DNA of 64,000 nt, taken from an uncultured Acidobacteriota bacterium. Lineage in GTDB: Bacteria; Acidobacteriota; Polarisedimenticolia; JACPZX01; DASXTC01. The position numbers and the translations under genes were made by a program. The notes below the pieces were generated by a model. That model did not search any database, was not told the origin of the DNA, and worked only from the letters and a program-made list of their open reading frames with translations. The DNA lies in NCBI GenBank assembly GCA_963806495.1, contig CAWDYA010000007.1, positions 371,945 to 435,944 on the forward strand, in the 5' to 3' direction. Position 1 is the first letter of the stretch. The number at the start of each line of letters is the position of its first letter. Of this stretch, positions 60,270 through 64,000 are shown piece after piece.

Positions 60270-60985
60270 GTACCGCAGCCTGGCGGCGCGACCCGGTCCT
60301 CGTCAGCCTGTTCGACGCCACCGGTGTGGCTGGAGAGCAGTTCCGCAAGCTTCAGGTCAAGCTGCGGGCGCTCAAGAACGCCACCGGCGGCAAGATGACC
60401 TCCGTCGTGGTGACCAGCCCGCTCATGGGCGAGGGGAAAACGTCCTGCGCGACCAATCTCGCGCTAGCCATGGCGAACGAACCGCAGCGCCGGGTGCTGT
60501 TGATCGACTGCGATGTCAGGAAGCCGCGGATCCAGGACCACATCGACATCGCCCCGAGGCTTGGCGTCGTCGAGATTCTCGAAGGGAAGGCTACGGTGGA
60601 GGAGGCCACCGTGACCATGCCCGGGGGCAACCTCGATCTGGTGGCGCTGTGCGGCGCCCAGCGCAGCAACGGCAGCCGTCCGACCTCCCTGCCGATGGAG
60701 CGGCTGAAGGACCACTTCCAGGCCCTGGCCGGCCGCTACGAGTTCATCGTCTGCGATGCACCCCCGCTGCTGCCGACGGCCGACGCCGGGGCGCTCGTCG
60801 ATATCTGCGACGGCACGATCATGGTCGTCCGGGCCGGTATCACACCCCGGCCCGCAGTGGCGAAGGCGCTGGCCTCAATCGACAAGAAGAAGTTGATCGG
60901 TTTCCTGCTCAACGGCGTCACCGAGAGCCGCATGGGCAAGTACTACTACCAGTACTACGCCGGTACGTCGAAGGGGGATAAATGA
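60266..60985 (+). CDS. BY-kinase-type P-loop ATPase (CpsD/Wze-like)
   Basis: ORF 60176..60985 with start chosen at 'MSTAAW' (ATGA overlap with the Wzz-like stop); Walker A 'SPLMGEGKTS', Walker A-prime 'LLIDCDVRKP', Walker B 'FIVCDAPP'. Confidence 0.75.
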   Translation: MSTAAWRRDPVLVSLFDATGVAGEQFRKLQVKLRALKNATGGKMTSVVVTSPLMGEGKTSCATNLALAMANEPQRRVLLIDCDVRKPRIQDHIDIAPRLGVVEILEGKATVEEATVTMPGGNLDLVALCGAQRSNGSRPTSLPMERLKDHFQALAGRYEFIVCDAPPLLPTADAGALVDICDGTIMVVRAGITPRPAVAKALASIDKKKLIGFLLNGVTESRMGKYYYQYYAGTSKGDK

Positions 60986-61025
60986 AGCGCCCGGCGATCG
61001 CCGGTGGTGGGGCCGATGGTACGTC

Positions 61026-61515
61026 GTGAGCACTCGGCCGCGCCGGGAGGAGTTCGCCCGTGTGATGCTGGAGCAGCAGGGGCTGGAGGCGTTCCTTCCA
61101 ATGGTCCTCGAGTGGTCCACGGGAAGAGGCCGGATGCGCGAGCAGGTCAGGCACCTCTTCCCCGGTTACCTCTTCGTACGGATGGCCGGGCCCCGGGATT
61201 ATCCGAAGGTGCAATGGACTCCGGGTGTGCGCCGTCTGCTCGGAGCCGGCGAGGAGCCGGAGCCCGTGGACGACGCTCTCGTCGTCGGGATCGCGGGTCG
61301 GATGGGGCACCGCGGATATCTTGTGCAGCGGCCCGAGCTGCATGCCGGAGATCCCGTCGAGGTGCGGTACGGGCCGCTTCTCCGGTCTGTTCGGGGTGGT
61401 GGAGTCACCGAGCACGGCTCGGGAGCGGGTGAGGGTCCTGCTGAGCTTGTTCGACCGTTCGACCTGCGTGGAGCTGGAGGTGAAGGACCTCATCCGATTA
61501 GGGCACCGCTGCTGA
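61026..61515 (+). CDS. NusG-paralog transcription antiterminator (UpxY/LoaP/RfaH-like) (frameshifted)
   Basis: NGN-domain motifs 'WYVVSTRPRREEF' and 'LFPGYLFVR' in ORF 61026..61595; KOW-like end 'FSGLFGVVESP...RVRVLLSLFDRSTCVELE' in ORF 61225..61515. Frames join at 61376-61378. Start uncertain: 'WYV' lies in frame upstream of the GTG. Confidence 0.6.
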
Positions 61516-61575
61516 AAGCCGACGGTGGAGGACGTGAGAGCACCATGGGAGGGGAGATCATGAGAATGGTGGCAC

Positions 61576-61782
61576 ATGGACAGAGACGGCGATGAGATCC
61601 TGACGAGCCGGGAGGCACAGAAGCTTCTCAAGATAGGCAGAACGAAGCTCTGGGCGCTGACGAAGAACGGACATCTTCCGGCTTACAGGATCGGGGACGG
61701 GAAAACCTCCGCCCTTCGATACAAGAGGGTGGAGTTGATGAAGTGGCTCGATCGGAACCGCATCGTCTTCAAAAAGGACTGA
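61576..61782 (+). CDS. Excisionase/AlpA-type helix-turn-helix DNA-binding protein
   Basis: 68 aa; 'LTSREAQKLLKIGRTKLWALTKNGHLPAYRIG' resembles the Xis/HTH_17 family. Confidence 0.6.
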   Translation: MDRDGDEILTSREAQKLLKIGRTKLWALTKNGHLPAYRIGDGKTSALRYKRVELMKWLDRNRIVFKKD

Positions 61783-61802
61783 GGTGGGGGGCCGTCCTGC
61801 GC

Positions 61803-63184
61803 GTGCTGGCGGGAGCCGGCGCGGCGCTGCTGACGGGTGTCGCCCTGTACGCCGTTGCGGTGGAGCCCTGGACCGTGATCGAGACCGATGTCTCGATCCC
61901 GCTGACCGGCCTGCCCGGTCCGCTGGCCGGTTACAGGATCCTTCTCCTATCGGACTTCGAGGCGGACGCTCCCGGAACGCGCGAGCGTCAGGTGGCGGCG
62001 ATCGCCGCGCGCGCGCGTCCCGATCTGATCCTGGTGGCGGGGGACCTCGTGGACAAGGGTATCCATGGCAAGCCGAGGGTTCGGGCATACGGGAAGATGG
62101 CGGCGTACCTCGGCGGCCTGCCGGCGCCCGACGGCGTCTGGTTCGCGCAGGGGCACGGAGAGAGCGCCTCGAGGATCGACGAGGAGGATCTGCTGCGCGC
62201 TCTGGAGGCGGGCGGCGTGCATCCGCTCCTCAACGAGGTGGCCTTCATTCAAAGAGAGGGCGCCTCGCTCGCGCTGATCGGCGTACGGATCCACGACTAC
62301 GCGGGGAAGGGGAAGTGGACGGTGGGACACGACGGCGTCATCACGGAGGGCCCGGGCAACCGGGAGTCCTACGTGGAGTACCGCGAGCCGGGGTGCGCGG
62401 CGTGGAGAGACTATGAGCTCAGCGGCAGGATGCGTTTCGGGAGCCCCCACGACTGGGCCGGCTTCCTGGTGCACAGCCGGCTGGGAAAGCGGGAGGACCG
62501 TTTCTACTTCGGTGTCCGTCGTGACTATCTGCCCTACCTCGGGGTCTCGGCGCACGGCACCGTCTACACCAGCGGCACCTTCACGCGGGCCGAGCAGATG
62601 AGCGCCGGCGTCTGGCACCGTTTCCACGCGAAGGTGGAGACCACCAACGCGGGCGTCCGTTTCCGGGCGCGGGCGTGGCGGGAGACCGAGAGCGAGCCCG
62701 AAGGGTGGGATTTCGACTATCTCGACGCCACCGACACCCGGATCGAGTCGGGCACCGTCGGCCTGTACGGCGAGGGGCCCGGAGTCAAGACCTTCTCCGA
62801 CCTGAGGATCACGGCGGGGGACGGGACCGGGCGCTGGGAGGAGCCGAAGGGCGCGGACTTCCTCATGGGCCTGCTCTCCCGGGTGCCCGAGGGGACACCG
62901 GCGATCGTGCTTTCCCACACGCCCGATATCTACGAGGACGCGGCCGAGCTGGACGTGCCGCTGACGCTTGCGGGCCACACACGGGGGGGCAGATCCGACT
63001 GCCGTTCTTCGGCCCGATCGTCGTCGACACGAGCGTGGGGCGCGACAGGGCTTCAGGGCTCTCCGGTCGCAACGGGCGTTTCCTCTATGTGACCCGGGGT
63101 ATCGGCACCAGCCGGCTGCCTGCGCGTTTCCTCGCGCCGCCCGAGGCCACGGTCATCACGCTGACGGGCGACCGCGATGACTAG
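61803..63184 (+). CDS. Membrane-anchored metallophosphoesterase (calcineurin-like) (frameshift at a G7 run)
   Basis: ORF 61743..63092 holds 'ILLLSDFEAD', 'LILVAGDLVDKG', 'LAGHT'; ORF 62675..63184 holds the continuation 'GGQIRLPFFGPIV'. The join is a run of seven G at about 62953-62959; one more G restores 'LAGHTRGGQIRLPFFGP'. Start GTG at 61803 is tentative. Confidence 0.6.
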
Positions 63185-64000
63185 CCTGCTCTACATCGCG
63201 ATGACCGTGGTCGCCATGGCGCTGCTCCTGCGCGGGGCACGATGGGGGATTGCAGCACTGGCGTTTCTGATCCCGCTCTCCGCGCGTCTGCCCAGTCTGC
63301 CGATCCCGACGCTCAACATGCAGAACTTCCTGGTGCTGGCCGGTTTCGCCTGGCTGCTGGCCACTTCGGCCAAACAGGGGAGGGTGGGGCGCCTGAAGCT
63401 CGCCGTCCCGATCGGCATGTTCATCTTCCTCGTGACGGCGGCCTACCTCACCACGAAGTTCTTCTGGATCCCCAACGAGTGGGCGAGGCGCTACGATCCG
63501 TACCAGGTTACCCTGGCGTACAAGTGCCTGCTGACGTGTTTTCTGCTCTACGCTCTCGGCTGTCTCGTTGCGCGCCGCGCCGAGGACGTCCGGCTCGCCG
63601 TCATGGGACTGCTGGCAGGCACCGCGTTCGAAGGGCTTTTCGTGTGCCTCGAGGTGGTGCTGCACGGGCCTGCGCGCGCCAACGGCCATCTCGCGGAGCC
63701 GAACAGCGCGGGGGCGTATCTCGCCTGGGCCGTGGCTCTCGGCTTCGGGGTGCTGCTCGCTCTCGGGCTCTCGGGATGGGCCGGCCGTCTGGCGATCGGC
63801 ACGGTCGGGTTCTGCGCGGTGGGTCTCATATTCACGCTGTCGCGGGGCAACTGGCTGGCGGCGGTCGCGGGAGCGTCGTTCGTCGCCGTGCTCAGGGATC
63901 GACGCGTCCTGATCCTCATTATCATCGCCCTCGTGACTCACGATCTCTGGCTGCCGAACAAGGCGCAGAACCGTCTCGACGAAACGCTCGATCACGTGGA
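63177..64000 (+). CDS. O-antigen ligase/polymerase-like (Wzy_C-type) membrane protein (partial; runs off window end)
   Basis: Not in the track (no stop in window). Plus-strand frame from ATG 63177 reads 'MTSLLYIAMTVVAMALLL...' with multiple helices and 'FTLSRGNWLA', the hallmark of the Wzy_C/O-antigen ligase family. The antisense track ORF 63156..63995 has garbage composition. Confidence 0.55.
   Translation, partial: MTSLLYIAMTVVAMALLLRGARWGIAALAFLIPLSARLPSLPIPTLNMQNFLVLAGFAWLLATSAKQGRVGRLKLAVPIGMFIFLVTAAYLTTKFFWIPNEWARRYDPYQVTLAYKCLLTCFLLYALGCLVARRAEDVRLAVMGLLAGTAFEGLFVCLEVVLHGPARANGHLAEPNSAGAYLAWAVALGFGVLLALGLSGWAGRLAIGTVGFCAVGLIFTLSRGNWLAAVAGASFVAVLRDRRVLILIIIALVTHDLWLPNKAQNRLDETLDHV

Noticed and set aside
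63156-63995. 279-aa minus-strand ORF at the window end
   Set aside because: Charged, low-complexity antisense translation of the plus-strand O-antigen-ligase-like membrane protein.
54818-64000. Labelling the export block as a PEP-CTERM/exosortase system
   Set aside because: Several gene types match that kind of locus, but no PEP-CTERM-tailed protein and no recognisable exosortase were found; the terminal membrane protein carries an O-antigen-ligase signature.

Overview
High-GC (roughly 70%) bacterial chromosomal segment, Gram-negative type (Wza-like exporter, outer-membrane beta-barrels). I call about 50 protein-coding genes and 2 tRNAs (Lys-TTT, Glu-TTC); no rRNA, CRISPR array, integrase or transposase was found. 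Content is dominated by cell-envelope glycan genes: GH15 hydrolase; a deacetylase-GT2-radical SAM-GT2 operon; three Thr-type LtaS/EptA-like membrane transferases (two in tandem); two SGNH hydrolases; an AsnB-family amidotransferase with a GT4; a GT39/ArnT-like transferase; and a CapD-Wza-barrel-Wzz-BY-kinase export block followed by a NusG paralog and a partial O-antigen-ligase-like gene. Housekeeping genes are hutH-hutU, purA and a methionine gamma-lyase family gene. Other blocks: a co-directional Rieske/M14/HEMGH-peptidase array, an ApbE-DUF3570-TlpA::DUF4266 cluster, and a NifX-like/DUF134/permease operon. Many of the largest ORFs in the track are GC-driven antisense or read-through artefacts and were not called. 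At least 14 single-nucleotide frameshifts interrupt otherwise clear genes (one at a G7 run), which looks like indel error in the assembly rather than decay; those genes are reported as single spans. Gene ends are taken from the ORF track; starts are my choice and several are uncertain. All functional calls come from motif recognition by eye, not database searches. The most interesting candidates for undescribed biology are the radical SAM/SPASM enzyme embedded in the glycosyltransferase operon and the family of Thr-nucleophile sulfatase-like proteins sharing a C-terminal L(R/K)SLGY tail.
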